A stretch of DNA of 63,775 nucleotides, filler included, from Neolecta irregularis DAH-3 (lineage: Eukaryota), in NCBI GenBank assembly GCA_001929475.1. It is 10 parts of 10 records of this genome, joined end to end, with 100 filler letters (N's around TTAATTAATTAA, not from the genome) between each part and the next. Parts side by side here need not be neighbours in the genome. Positions count along the whole stretch, not along the records: positions 11,700 to 35,112 come from LXFE01000186.1; 9 more parts are not named here. One strand, written 5' to 3'. The number at the start of each line of letters is the position of its first letter. The first letter of the stretch is position 1. Below, piece after piece: positions 13,810 through 28,404 of the stretch. Position numbers and translations under genes: made by a program. Below the pieces are notes generated by a model, which worked only from the letters and a program-made list of their open reading frames with translations, was not told the DNA's origin and did no database searches.

Positions 13810-16800
13810 ATGAACACACTAGCGATCCGCGGTAATACAATTACTTGGTTTCATTGTCAAATACCCCGCCAATCTTATTCATATGAGAAGCCAATTTCGC
13901 ATGCTCTTTTCGCTTCTTTTTATAGCAAGGTCGATGCGAAAGTGTCGAGGTATTATGTGCCAAATCTTTCAAGGTTGACTGACTAGGAAAGATTAAGTAC
14001 TTTCGTTGGATTCGTTCCAAATAGCGTCCCGCGAGTGCAATCAGAACTTAGAAAAGCTTTGGTTGTTGTGGTAGATGACTTGATTTATATCTACTTTATC
14101 AACGGGGAATCACATATCGTCCACCTTGCCTGGCCAGTTCTCGCTGTTAAAGCATTAAAACATGGAATTTTACTATCAACACCACGATTGTATATACTGA
14201 CTTGTCCAATGTCGCTATTCATGTCGGTACAGAATGGTCCTATGGACGACTTGCTTGCGGTTGAAGATGATTTCGTTATTACTTACTCCCATGGTGAACT
14301 GACAATATACAAGTATACATATTTGGATGATAGGCCTGGCCGGGTATACTATTACTTTATATTTCAACTCTGACCAAAGCAACGTAGAATATCGCATAGG
14401 AGATCCTCGATAATGAGTACGAGATCTCTACGCTCAGATATCGATCCAATCGAAGTTTTCTGCCCAGCAGGTCTAAATCTGGCCTTTATTGAGTCATTTT
14501 TAATTGCGTGTCCTTTGAGTATATTTCTTGCGAAATGCCACCATCTTTCAATGTTATGCGTTCAACTTCCTACGGAGCTACTAGTTATTATGTTTGAGAG
14601 CGGAATTTTAGTCGACAACGCACGAATTCCCGCTGTTCAATCTACGATGGCAAACGACGGGTTTGTCGATCGTGTCCTGGTGTTGAGAGACAATGGTCAG
14701 CTTGTTCTCGAAACGCCATTTGGGATCGCTGTGCCGTTATCTAGCCTCGGAAACGAACAGCTCATTTCAAACGATGGCCAAGTTGTACTTGTCAAACAAA
14801 CTATACGGCTTTGCATTGACTTGAAAATCAAGAACTCGTCAGTTCATACTGTTCTTGAGGCCATACGAGATGCTTTGGAAGTCGAAGAATTCGATCACGT
14901 CCTGGTTCGTATCCTCCAACAACGCCTTGAATTTCCAGAACATGAAGAATGGTATCATCTTATTACTGCTCTTCGCCCAGTTGTTGCACAACTCATAGTT
15001 CAACTTGACAATGTCCGCGAAGCTTTCAGAGCAGATGTGTCCGGAAACTACCCTGTTTGCAGATTAAATGAACTCCTCCAACCGTCGCAGTTGAACCTGT
15101 ATGAAACTATCATGGATGGAAAGGTTATGGCAAACGCGGGACTCGCTGAAAAAACATCAAGAACTTACAAAGCAACCACACCAGAAGAGGTTGTCGAGAA
15201 TTTAGCTGCGGAAGGCATTCAAGCACCACTGATTGACCGTTTTCCAGAGGGCCTGGCGCTGTATATCCGAGATGCAATTGAACAATGCAAGGAATGCCCT
15301 CCTTTAAATTGGGGTAAGAAGGAGCGTCAATTGATTGGTGCGTTTAGGAGATAGATTTGATTGATCTCATACCAGGACGCGACGATTCGATTGTGTTTGA
15401 TAACGAGATGTTTCGCAGCGACATGGTTTTCCGTGATGACCTTCGATTAGTCGAAGTGGAAAAGCTACTCAATATAACAGAGTCCCCCAATGTCAGGCCG
15501 CTTGATACATCTGGAATGAGGTATATACCTTTTCTTTTTGTAGTTTGACGACGAGTGAACATGATGTAATTGCTGCTCAACAGGCCCTAGCGAGAGTAGT
15601 TGCTATAAGGAGTCTGAGCATTCCAGTCGGTCGAGCGATGTATCATTATAGTGCGCAAACTCCTCTTGTTACCGAAAGGTTTGCGATACCTGATTTCGAA
15701 TTCTCAATTCGGCTGAAGAATGCACAAATCAATGTTGATAGAACTTTTTTGGATGATGGTATTGTTTCATGGGGTCAGTTCCATAGCGGAGCAAGTTCCG
15801 CTCTGAGTATCTCCAAGTCTGCTGAAATTACAGCTGCCTGGATAAACTTTAACAAACCTCCTGAACCGACATTTTGGCACGCTGGATTTCTTTTAGGACT
15901 AGGAGTCAATGGTCATTTGAAAGAGATTGCGACGTGGCAGGCCTTCAATTACCTCAACGCTTATCATACGATGACTTCAATTGGTCTTCTTCTCGGATTG
16001 AGTTCTTCATTTATTGGATCAACGGATTCGGTCATAACTAAACTTCTTTCAGTACACATATTCGCCATGTTACCTCCCGGATCTGCAAGCCTCAATCTTG
16101 ATCCTTTGACGCAAACTGCTGCAATTCTTGGTCTTGGTCTTTTGTATTTGAGTAGTGGCCATAGAAGAATGAGCGAAGTCATGCTCTCACAAATAACTAG
16201 CGAAAAACTCGAATATGATGAAGGATATCGTTTGGCATGTGGCTTTGCAATCGGGTTCATTAATCTGGGAAAAGGCAGAGATGCAACAGGAATGGGCGAT
16301 CTACGAGTTACCGAGCATCTCATCAAGACAGCGACTAGTTGTCCGGATCATATGGCTCCTGCAGCTCTTGTCGCTCTTGGTCTGATGTATATTAAAACCG
16401 GGAATCAAGAGATTGCCGAGAAATTGTCGATTCCGCCCACCAAATATCTTGTCGATTATGTTCGGCCTGATCTCTTGCTTTTACGGATTGTTGTTAAGAA
16501 TCTGGTGATATGGAGAGATATCGGAAATAGCCAGGAATGGATCGATTCGCAGATACCTGGATTTATGCAGGGGGGTTGGAAATTACGAATTAGTGAGATT
16601 CCAAGGTATAATGTTATCACGGGTGCTGCCTTTGCGATGGGTTTACGGTTTGCCGGGTCTGGAGATCTGAATGCGAAGAGAACCTTGCTTGGCCTTATTG
16701 ATAGATATATGGCTATGTCTATTAGGCCTGGTACTACTGATAATCAAAAGTTGACTAACAAATAGCTACTACACACGAAGCAAAGTTATCTCGGGTTACA

Positions 16801-17712
16801 CTTCGTAACTGCATGGATGTCCTTGTACTCGCACTTTCTTGCGTATTCGCAGGTACCGGCGACCTGGATCTCCTTCGACGCCTTCGCAAGTTTCATGGCC
16901 GAACGGACACAGACACTAATTATGGCAACCACATGGCATCACATATGGCTCTTGGGATCCTGTTTCTCCGTGGAGGCGAAAGTACTCTCTCTACTTCAAA
17001 CCTTGCAATAGCAGCTCTGCTCTGTTCTTTGTATTCCCAATTCCCGATCGCAACGAACGACAATAAGGCTCATCTACAAGCTTTTCGTCATTTGTGGGTC
17101 CTTGCTGCCGAATTCAGATGTCTTCATACACAAGATGAGAATGGTGAGACATCTATTTCTTGTGCAATCGCATTTCGAAATGGCACATCACAGAGAGTCG
17201 TCACGCCATGCCTTCTTCCAATACTCGATGAGATTGATCGAATTCATGTAGACGACCGATATCACTGGCCGGTGAATATCAAATTTGAAGATGACACGCT
17301 AGAAAAGCTACGGAAAGGCGGAATTGTCAAATTGTCACGTAGAACTGGCCCGAGTCGTAATGTGTTTGAGGAGTTTGCAGAGCAGAGGGCTGAACAAGGT
17401 GAAAGTATTTTGAACTCGCTGCGGGATAGATTCGTTAGTAAAGGCTGTAAATGTTTATCAAAGATGACCATGCTGATACTAGATTTTCCTTCTGACGAGT
17501 CATTAGAAGATGCTTTTTCTGGAAATATCCTTGACACAAAGGCTGGGTTGCATCATTCCCTCAATTGTGGAAGTACCGAAGCTGTTTTATGGCCTCTTAA
17601 ACTTGCATTGGATCAAGCCCATCGGCTCCGAAGTAGACCATTGCTTAAGGATTTCATCGAAAAACTACATCTTGGGGTTTGGATGATAGAGAGAAAATCC
17701 TCAGTAACATAG
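13810..17712 (+). CDS. APC1: Anaphase-promoting complex subunit 1 (Apc1/Cut4); start approximate
   Basis: PC-repeat motifs HAGFLLGLGVNGHL, QTAAILGLGLLY, YGNHMASHMALGILFL, HLQAFRHLWVLA. Confidence 0.92.
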
Positions 17713-18150
17713 CTGAGGCTTTTAAATCTGTCTTCAGAATGTGGATACAGACTTTCTTTGAGTCAGGCGCTGATATCATGATACAACCCTAGGATCAGAT
17801 TCTATTAAATGTGTACTTGCAAATTCCCTTCCAATAGGATTACGATGAGAAGTATTCAGATCTGTATGATGTGCTGCGGAGTTTAATCAATTATGTGATA
17901 CCCTAGATTATTTTTTTCAATACGACAAGTTTTGTAATCAAAGGAACAAATACTTTTAAAGTCATACGTCCCTTGGAGTCACGCTTTTCAAAATTATAAA
18001 GCGTTGGGATATTGTCATCTTATTGTTTCACGATACGTGAAATATGGATGAATATGATGAAAAAGTAAATATTTTCACAACCAAACTATCACTCTGTTTT
18101 ATTGTATTTAAAGCTTATAAACTCCAAGGTTCATGAAATCATAAAATATT

Positions 18151-18572
18151 CTATGACTCGATCTCTTCGTCACTACCCTTAGGCCACATATCCCGCTCGT
18201 CGCTATCCTCCTTGCTCCTCACAGCCCTAAACTCATCTGGCCTGGTAGAGTTAACATTTAGTCGAGGCCAAGGTTCACCAATATTCCTTGCCTCGCCATT
18301 TTTTCAAGTCTCTCACTATTTGTACTATATTTCCCTTAATTTTTATATCAGAAGATTCGAGAAGTTCTACAACGACGAATCCGCCGCGTTTGATCCAGGC
18401 TACACTCCGAAATTTTCGCGGTAGTTCAACTAGATATTCCTCTCCACGGCAATTCTCCACCATATACAAATATTGACCTTGTGAAGATTTGATCTTGACG
18501 ATCTCATTCGACGGATCTAGCGTTTCAAGACATTCTGCACTCTGGCTCAACGCCTGTTGACGACGACGTGAC

Positions 18573-18574
<2 letters not shown>
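18151..18574 (-). CDS. S1/eIF1A-like OB-fold protein (EIF1AD family), 2 exons
   Basis: GQYLYMVE...LVELPRKFRSVAWIKRGGFVVV...IKGNIVQIV...WPDEF followed by an acidic tail. Confidence 0.85.
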
Positions 18575-19890
<1,316 letters not shown>

Positions 19891-19965
19891 CTTTGATATA
19901 CAAAAAGGAACGCCGAGAAATCTGCAACTTTACATGTAGTGAGATGATACATTGCGTAAAAACCA

Positions 19966-20906
19966 TTATAAAGAATCTTTGGCATTTCGTTCCTCCTCCA
20001 TGCGGACATCTTCCTCATCCTGAGCGTTGTTGCCCATCCGAACTTCGGTATACTCGTCCCCTGCGTTGGTAAAACTGCTACGTCTTCGTTGAACGAGCTG
20101 GAACTGCCGCGAGACTTTGCCAACAATTTCACCCCATTCACACATGCCTCCCATCCCAATATCTCCGCAAGCCAAGACTTTCTCTATAGGCTGGATAATC
20201 TGCACCCAGGGCATGTTTTCCTTGACATAGGCCAGGTGTTTAGCGGTAATAGGATGAGAGTACATGTATGTGTTCATTGCTGGGGCGATAAGGATGGGAT
20301 TATGTGTATTCCATGCTCGAATGATCGAGGTCTAACTGGTTACTGCTGGTACATTTTCCGGAATACGCATACAAGCAGATTGTCACATATTCCATTCGCC
20401 ATTTTAGCGAGAGTGTTTGCACTCATTGGGGCGATTAGCAACAGATGAGCCCATCTCCGAAGCTTCCCGGGTTCAGCTAAACCTTGCAATACCAAGCATT
20501 ATACCTCGATATGAAGGATGTGGTCTTTGACATCTACCCAATTCTTCCATTCATCGTCATCCACCCAGACCTTTACGCCTTGGCGTAGCAGCTTGTCTGC
20601 ATCAAAGAACCGTTTGGCATGTTTAGTGGCGACAACCTGGACCTCGACATTCTGATAGCCCAGCAGCGACTGGGTGATGAGGGGCAGCTTTACCGTAGCC
20701 ACGCTGCCAGTAGCTGCAAGGAGGATATGGACATTGTTGTTTGGTGGAGAGGGAGTGCCAGCATTCGAGGACGTGACGTCAAAATGAGCATGTAGGGCTT
20801 TTTTCGCCAGAGCACTGGCGGTGGTGGCCATAGAAGAGCCCGATCTGGGCGGCGTCGGAAGAGCATCGCTTCTGCTCACGTGCCTCCGGGTTTACTCATA
20901 CGTCAT
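19966..20906 (-). CDS. Phosphopantothenoylcysteine decarboxylase / Hal3-family flavoprotein
   Basis: LLAATGSVATVK, ILHIELRRWAHLLLIAPMSANTLAK, PAMNTYMY, LACGDIGMGGM. Confidence 0.9.
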
Positions 20907-20932
20907 CGGTATTTGGCTCCTGCTCCACCAAC

Positions 20933-21783
20933 ATGAATATAAACGCAACAGCAGCCCTTCCTTCTGCAAACTTCACCCCGTCAAGTCCCACAACCTCCAT
21001 CAGTCTCGACGGTCTTCAGGAAATAGCAACAAAGCGGATATCCGCAATGGACTATCTTCGCCGTGTGTATGTTTTGATGCAACGTCGGGTTAACAGCCAG
21101 GCATGAAGGCCGTACCCATTGGTTCAATACCATCCTGTTATCCAAGGAAGAACTCGAGAGAATATACGATGATCCAAAGAATGCCAGGAGGTATGCATTC
21201 ATATGGCGAGCAGACTGATGAGCAGGGCTGTCGGGTTTCTGGTTCTCGGATTAAGCATTGCCAACTTGGTCGAACTGCAAACCTCAAATACAGACCTGTT
21301 AAAAAATTTCCTTGTTCTTTTAAATGAGCATGAAGATTTCACGAACGATAACAAACCGAAAATGGTATCACTCTGGAATATATGCATATCTAATAATAAA
21401 GAGGAACTTCTTCCGTGCAGGGGCAAGGATGACACGAAGGGATAGTGAAGCTGGCTCGGTCGACGAGCAAATTTACACTCATTTACAGACGATGAATATT
21501 GTATTTTACTATGGTATTCATGACTCACAATAAGCCATTCCAACCCGACTTCTTCCAAGTCTTTTCAACACTCTGTGATGTCCTAATTGAAGTATACTGT
21601 AAAATATTAAACACTTCGCCCCCAGATACATCAACTCTTCAGTTTGATTTGTTTCAGAAATTCGATGCAAGGATACGGAAGCTGCTGACAGGAGTTATTA
21701 AAGACGTTGATGTGCTGGCGAGGAATCTAATACATTCTGAATTATTGATTGTGGAGAGGATGGGTTGTCCGGTAGTTATGTAA
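20933..21783 (+). CDS. Hypothetical protein, 4 exons
   Basis: Spliceable exons KRISAMDYLRR / HEGRTHWFNTIL / FLVLGLSIANL / PFQPDFFQVFSTLCDVLIEVY. Confidence 0.65.
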
Positions 21784-21903
21784 AGTTAAGTATTTGTTTG
21801 GGAAGAAATGTTGCATCTTGAGAGAAAGACTATTTTTCAGGGGGATGTCTTTATAGGAATGATCTTATTCCAGTATATATCACGCCGTGAATACATGAAT
21901 GCA

Positions 21904-22501
21904 CTACTTGAATGTTCTTACAGGATAATCTAACGATTTAGTGCGATTTTAAAACAGGGACAAACCAGGGGAAAAGCCTTCCGTCTGATCTAGTTCCCAT
22001 AGGCATGGAGTATTAGGAGTTGGTGGACGGCTTTTGACGACTTTGCGCTCGTCCAATACTTTTGCCAAGTTTAGATCCGCAACGATAGCCAATTGAGTCT
22101 CTCCCTCTTTTCCATCGGATATTTGGGGGGCCTCTTTAGATCCATAAGCTAATAGTCCAGCAATATGAGATTGTGTAAAAACTGCGGTTCTGGGATATGC
22201 TCTTCGGACGTCTCTTTGGTGATACGGATTTTCAGCAATATCTCCGGATGGAATCGCGACTCCATCGTTAGCATGTGTATACCGTCGAAAGAATGTACCT
22301 GGTTCAGAGTATGAGTGGGAAATTGAACCGGGATGGGGTCTTCTATATTTACTGTTTATGGGAATTCCACTTGATCTATTTGGATCGACGGCAAGTAAGT
22401 TTTTCAGCTTGGCCCAAAAGCCAGTTGACTCTTGTGTCAATTTTACGAAATCTGCGTCTTTTTAGCGATGGGACTGTGTATTTGCTTGTACTTTTTGACA
22501 T
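21904..22501 (-). CDS. NADH:ubiquinone oxidoreductase 21.3 kDa accessory subunit (NUZM-like)
   Basis: FWAKLKNLLAVDPNRSSGIP, DIAENPYHQRDVRRAYPR, C-terminal YPVRTFK*. Confidence 0.85.
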
Positions 22502-22674
22502 TTGACAATAGATGTGAAGCTGGGCCGGTGTTTTGGGCGAATTAGCGAATTTGTGTTTTTGGTTCAGAGATGCGAATATTTCGGGCAAGCAATATTGGGT
22601 TCAAAGTACGTACCCTGATATTTACAATGTAAATTGTATAGATAGATATTGGGATGCCTGAATACGCAAATTTA

Positions 22675-23499
22675 TCAACTTCCTGTTCCCCAGCTATTCA
22701 TATTGGCCCCAGGAACGGCGTTTTTATGATCGGACGGATTCGCAGCAGCCTATAAACTTCAGAAAGCGGCATTTACAAGACATACTTCGTAGAGCGTGAT
22801 AACGGGGTTCTTGGATAACTGGTATGTTTAGAAATTTGATGGGGCAAGAGAGGGCATAACACCTTTTTCCATTCTCCTCGTAGTCCCAGATACCACAGTG
22901 TAGTAACGTCTGCGCCCCAAGAGCTCTCTATGAACAATGTGATGCTTTGGCAATTTGCAAAGAGAGCGGGTTTTACGGGATATTCTATGATTTCATTTGA
23001 TTGTGCACATTCGATTGTGTGGGTAGGTTTTGCATCTGCGGCTGTACTAAAGTCGAGGTCGTCCCTGTTGATGTAGATCTTGAGTGAGTTTGGGGATTCC
23101 TGGCTGCAAGGAGCACGTAGGAGAATGGATTTTAGTTTTACGAGTCCGGTGAAACTTGGATTCAGGATGATATTTTGAAGGGAGGATACGGGATATGGAG
23201 AATGATTTGCTGGTCTGAATCGCTCTGGAGGAACTAGAAATAGTTAATTTTAGCAGCTCTACGACTGGCTGCCTGTGTAGTATCCAAACGACTGTCCCAC
23301 GGCTTTATGATGGCCTTTCCCATTCCCTCTTCAGCCTCGTTCAAGGCGCGAACCTGGTGGTGAGTATTTTTCGCTGGAGGAGAGAAAAAACATTGTCTCT
23401 GTCTATGTATTCATACAATGAATCTGCAGCTCCAGAAACCAAAGGCGCATCGTGATCGTGATCGTGATCGTGTTCGTGCGAGCAGGGCGTGGGAGTCAT
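22675..23499 (-). CDS. PITH domain protein with N-terminal His-Asp tract
   Basis: MTPTPCSHEHDHDHDHD...SLYEYID, QVRALNE, SDSDQQIILHIPFTGLVKLKSI, LKIYINRD, YEAANPSDHK. Confidence 0.85.
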
Positions 23500-23565
23500 A
23501 GGAGAGCAACCTCCAGATTAAATATTATTATTCGAGATCACCAGAATAAATATTACTACACCATA

Positions 23566-24314
23566 ATGACAGAAATCGTTCTTCCAGGCTCGGCGCTGCA
23601 CCACCAGACGCTTGCGCGCATCGGTCCCGGGCTCCAGCAGCGCGGCGAGCAGATTACCGCGACAAAAGCAGGCGAACTGATCTGCAGCGACAAAGGCGCT
23701 TTTGTATCTTTTACGCAGAAACGCGAATGTATTTTTTGACCGGCATCCGCTAATTCAGCAGTATGTCCCGGTCATGAACGACTCGGTGGTCGGCCAGATC
23801 GTTGCGCGTCATGCGGAAGGCTACAAAGTCGATATTGGTTCTGCTGTTGCTGCTCAGCTCGACCATCTCGCCTTCGAAGGAGCTAATCGCAAAAACAAAC
23901 CAAACCTCCAGGTCGGCCATCTCGTCTATGCCCGAGTTTCGTTTGCAAACAAGTTCACAGAACCTGAAATTGCATGTTTTCACCCGACTACAGGCAAATC
24001 TGCAGGGTTTGGCCTACTCGAAGGCGGCACCATGATCACAGTTTCTCTCGGCGTTGCAAGATAGTAACTGCTTCTTTTGATTACAGGAACTCATCTGCCA
24101 CAGTCTACTCCGTCCTGAATGCGAATTGCTCCTGCTGCTATCCCATCATCTCAAATACGAAGTAGCCATCGGCATGAACGGCCGTGTCTGGATCAACGCA
24201 GAGTCCATAAAAGCTGCTATCGTGGTCTCCCGCTGCATAGAGTCTTTCAACGATTCAAAATCCACAGACGTCAGTGGGCTCGTTAGAAGCATTGTCAAAC
24301 AGGTTGGTCCGTAA
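23566..24314 (+). CDS. RRP40: Exosome complex component Rrp40
   Basis: YVPVMNDSVVGQI, LAFEGANRKNKPNLQVGHLVYARV, YEVAIGMNGRVWI. Confidence 0.93.
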
Positions 24315-24515
24315 TTTGATTTATGTAGGTACACCAAAAATCTAGGGACTTTGTAGATTTGCAACATATTCATATACATACTCAGCCGATATTTAAATAT
24401 TAAGCTCAATTGTTTCCTCTGTATTACTGGAGGAGTATGATGAGAGGTTATTCTAAATCCAAACCCACAAACTCATATTCATGATCTGCCCGACGAGTCA
24501 AATCAAAGAAACCTC

Positions 24516-26127
24516 ATGAATACCCCAACCTATTTCTCCATTTTCAATCCCTCGCTAGGAACTACTGACGAAACTCTCCTCCGTCAAATTCTCTTCTACT
24601 ACTCTCCCATTCCCGTCTCCATTAATGAAAAACTCCGAAGAGTAGGGTTGGCCCAAGGGATGGTCGAGTTTGCTAGACCTTTTGCCAAGGGAAAACCAGT
24701 TTCGTATATAAGAACTCATAAAGCGTGGGTACTCCTGCTGGAAGTAGAACACAATTGGTGGATATTAGCTGTAGGTAATCCCCTTGGCTTTATTGGCATT
24801 TTTGACGAGGTAGAATATCCCATTGACAGAAATACCCAACTCTAATCCAAAACAACTTGTCACTTTCTCTGAAACCGAGGTCCCTTCGCCCGAACTGCTA
24901 CAAGCTGGTATATTGAGAGGCTATCGCCTATGGAGACTTCTCAATGGATCTTTTGAAAATGGCCTCAAGGTGCACGGCACTGAAAGGTTATCATCACTAT
25001 TGGATAATTGGTGGAGTACATGGGTTAATAAATGGAAATTTCAACTATACTCATCCCTAATCGAAGAATTTTGGGGTGGTACTTCATCTCTTTTTATTCA
25101 TTCTCTCACACACTAGGAACAATTATGTCTCAACCCATGATTCAAAAGGAAGGAGTACCAGAAATATACCTGTTTGTAAATCGGTTGAGGTCTGAAACTG
25201 GAAATGACGTGTATGATATGCTCATTCACCGTATCTCGGATAAACGAGGATGTGCCTTTACAGGAACAGGAAAATTATCCCCATTCCAAACTCGGAATTT
25301 ATCAATTTGGATCGATAAATTAGTTGATGACATCGCTGATTCATCATTGTCTATTGCAGAATCTTCCGTCTATGAAAAGTTCAAGGTCTCTGGGGATGCT
25401 ATGATGAATGTATTATCATTCGGCGGCTATGGACTTTTAAAGAGGACTTTGCTCGAAAAGAAAGTTGAAGGCTTAGAGAAGGAAATTGGGAGTTTTGTCG
25501 TGGGATTGATGAGCCCTGCTTCAGAAGAGAATGAAGCTGTAATTGGAGAAAAGACAGTTTACCTTGAAGACGATCATATTACTCGACTGGGACTAGGAAA
25601 CGACGACGGTGATGTCAACAATTCAAGATTCAGGATTGTTGTGTGGAAGGTATAGGTGTTACCTTTACAAAGACTGACAATAGACCAGGGAATATGTGTT
25701 TACAATATTGATGAAACTCGACTCGGCTCATCTCCAGTCTGAAGAATTCTACATCGATCTCGGAATCGACCTTGATAACCTTGTTCCTTATATCTCAATG
25801 AGCCCAATCCCGGAACCTACTGAAGACATATTTTTTCATTTAATCTACAATCCCTCATCGTTAACGGTTACCTCCACACTTCCACCCACAAACGCCTCAT
25901 TATGGACTGCTGAAGATGGCGTGCATCTACATACCCAGATCCTTCTTCTACCTCATGGAAGTTCAACGCGAACACAGCGTGGCTGGTGGATCTTCAAGAC
26001 AAAAGTGGAGGAGAAAGAAATTGTTGTACTGAGAAAGGCGCTCATTAAAGAAAGGGATGGCCTTGAAGATTTCGAAGATGAGGTCAAAGCTTTTATCGGG
26101 GACGTGTTAACTTCTTCATCCAACTAA
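24516..26127 (+). CDS. CCZ1: Vacuolar fusion protein Ccz1 (longin domains)
   Basis: FSIFNPSLGTTDET..QILFYY, NEKLRRVGLAQGMVEFARPF, LEVEHNWWILA. Confidence 0.82.
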
Positions 26128-26171
26128 TTGTCATTTTAATGGTGTATATTATCCAGATCTTTTTATCTTTA

Positions 26172-26522
26172 GGGTGCGTTCGCGAGCAAGATTGACCCAC
26201 CTATTGCAATTTTAGCTGATATTGACAAATTCCGATTTGTCGTCTCGTTCGGCGCCACACAACTTACAACTTTACTTTGCAATATTCGTCGAAAAAACGC
26301 GAGAAAGAATCCCAGATCTGGTAAGTGTGCGTCTGCCACTCGAACTCAACATCAATTCAAATTTGCTAAAAATTACGTAGTGTTGTTATATTTGGATGAA
26401 AATGTTAGTGGCAGATGCACACTTACTAGATCTGGGATTCTTTCTCGCGTTTTTTCGACGAATATTGCAAAGTAAAGTTGTAAATTGCAATAGGTGGGTC
26501 AATCTTGCTCGCGAACGCACCC
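26172..26522. mobile_element. 351-bp non-autonomous foldback element, PIF/Harbinger (Tourist-like) MITE
   Basis: Ends GGGTGCGTTCGCGAGC...GCTCGCGAACGCACCC; TTA on both flanks (26169-26171, 26523-26525); ~115-bp inverted arms with 2 mismatches and a ~50-bp extra segment in the left arm. Confidence 0.85.
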
Positions 26523-26582
26523 TTAGTGTTTGAATACCCCGCGCCCAGTTACAACTCTAGATCCACCGCTCCGTTCATTGCC

Positions 26583-27143
26583 ATGACCTTTGTAACAAAA
26601 CGACTTCAGCGCTCCGCTTCATATTTTACTGGCACTCGATACATCATCTTGACTGTCCTTGCGGTAACAGTCCTAGTGTACTTTCGCTGGGCCGTACCAA
26701 AAGCACTTGGTTACACCAACAACCCCGCAAATTATAAACTTCTTGACTCAAAATTCGGGTTCTATCCATCCACCGTGTACGATTTATTCCAGGCACTAGG
26801 GCCGAATGGCCGTCGTGCATACCAAATCATAAATTACGTTGATTATATTATGGTTCCGATGGTCTTGGCGCACTGGTTTGTCGCGACGATGCCTGGTACA
26901 ACAGACGCAACCGATTCATGGAACGATAAAGTCTTCTGGGCCAGTAATTTCCTCATGTGCGATGTCATCGAAAATACCTGTATATGGTGGCTTTTAAGAA
27001 GTTATCCTACGGTTTTTCGTGTCATTGCTGTTATTGCTAGTTTGGCAGGGATACTTAAATGGGTCAGTGTCGGTTTTTGTGTGGTAACTATTACATGGAG
27101 AATTGCTATGAAGCCTTTGACAAGGAAGAAGAGAAGGCATTGA
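26583..27143 (+). CDS. Intronless multi-pass membrane protein of unknown function
   Basis: Single ORF with about 4 hydrophobic segments; motifs LLDSKFGF, LGPNGRRAY, CDVIEN. Confidence 0.7.
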   Translation: MTFVTKRLQRSASYFTGTRYIILTVLAVTVLVYFRWAVPKALGYTNNPANYKLLDSKFGFYPSTVYDLFQALGPNGRRAYQIINYVDYIMVPMVLAHWFVATMPGTTDATDSWNDKVFWASNFLMCDVIENTCIWWLLRSYPTVFRVIAVIASLAGILKWVSVGFCVVTITWRIAMKPLTRKKRRH

Positions 27144-27243
27144 TTGATATCGGATCATTTTGGGTTCAAGTTCTCAGATGATAAATCGTGTATAAGATGG
27201 TATTTACACTCAATTTTACAAAGAAAGATCAGATTTTGCTATT

Positions 27244-28013
27244 TCAATCCCTCGCAGTCTTCTCACGTTTCCAGGTAGCATAGACACTCTTCTTTGAAGC
27301 CAATTCAATTCTCTTGACAAAATCACCCACTTCTCCTCCGTCAGGACAATTTATCCATTGATCATTATCTCGGATGCATTCTTGTTTTCCATCAATGAAA
27401 ACCGTGCAACTCTTGTCTACGCCAAGTCGTCGAGTACGCTCTGCGCTTTGACTAAGAAGATCTTTTCCTTTTGTATAAACACAGTCAGGGTATGAGAACC
27501 CGCATGGATCGGCGTTTGATGGAATTGCCTCTTGATCTCTATTCTGGCATAAAATAAAAGGAAGAGTCTGAGCGGGATTGAGCAACTGGACACTAAACAT
27601 ATTAGACATATGGAGATTAGCTGCAAAGCACCAGAGTTGCTGCATATTTCCCAAGCACTCGTCCATACCATGCTTACATTCCAGATCTCCGTTGTTTTCC
27701 CTGAATAGTAAACCTTGGAACTAGAAACGGTATACTCTGCGATATAACTGAATCTCAAATCCACCGGAGTCTGTACTTTATTCACTAATAGTTTAAGATT
27801 TTGCAGTCAAGCCCACTTACAAACATCTTTAAAGGTAGCTTCACAATACTTTGCATCAGGGCATATCGACATAACGAATAGCTCAACTGATACTGGATTT
27901 GTTGTGGCGATAAAGCGCCGGAAGAACAAAATGAATAACAGGGTGATTAAAGCTAAATGTGGAACCCAATGGATTCTTTTGCTTTGGGTCATTGGAGCAA
28001 TCTTTTCTTCCAT
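27244..28013 (-). CDS. GILT (gamma-interferon-inducible lysosomal thiol reductase)-like protein
   Basis: N-terminal TM, VELFVMSICPDAKYCE, ECKHGMDECLGNMQQL, SCTVFIDG. Confidence 0.85.
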
Positions 28014-28404
28014 AAGAAAACAAGGAGATTGCGGTCAGGATGGCTGGTATCGCCTCCACATGATTCACTTTTATGATTGGCGTAGATAGTTCTGAGGCTA
28101 ATAGAAACCATGCGATACCGGCGCAAACTATTTGTTTCCTCTGCAAAATACCATCCAAGGACCGCTATTTCGTTATCTGATCTGCAAGAGAAAGTTCACC
28201 GACGACATCCTTTTCAGGGTTTAATCCTCCTGTCATGATAATCCAATCAGCGGGAAAAGTTAGTGTATTCTGCCCACATAGATTTCCAAGTGAGACATAC
28301 TCTAAAAGACCCAAACATAATCTTTCCGCTATATCAGCGGGCTAAGTTTAATAAACACTACGCCGGTTTGTGGTTTTCTCCCACTTCACTTAAGCTTTTG
28401 CACC

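Noticed and set aside
27883-28240. Possible small spliced gene upstream of GILT
   Set aside because: Intron-like signals exist but no frame gives a recognisable protein, and it overlaps the GILT start
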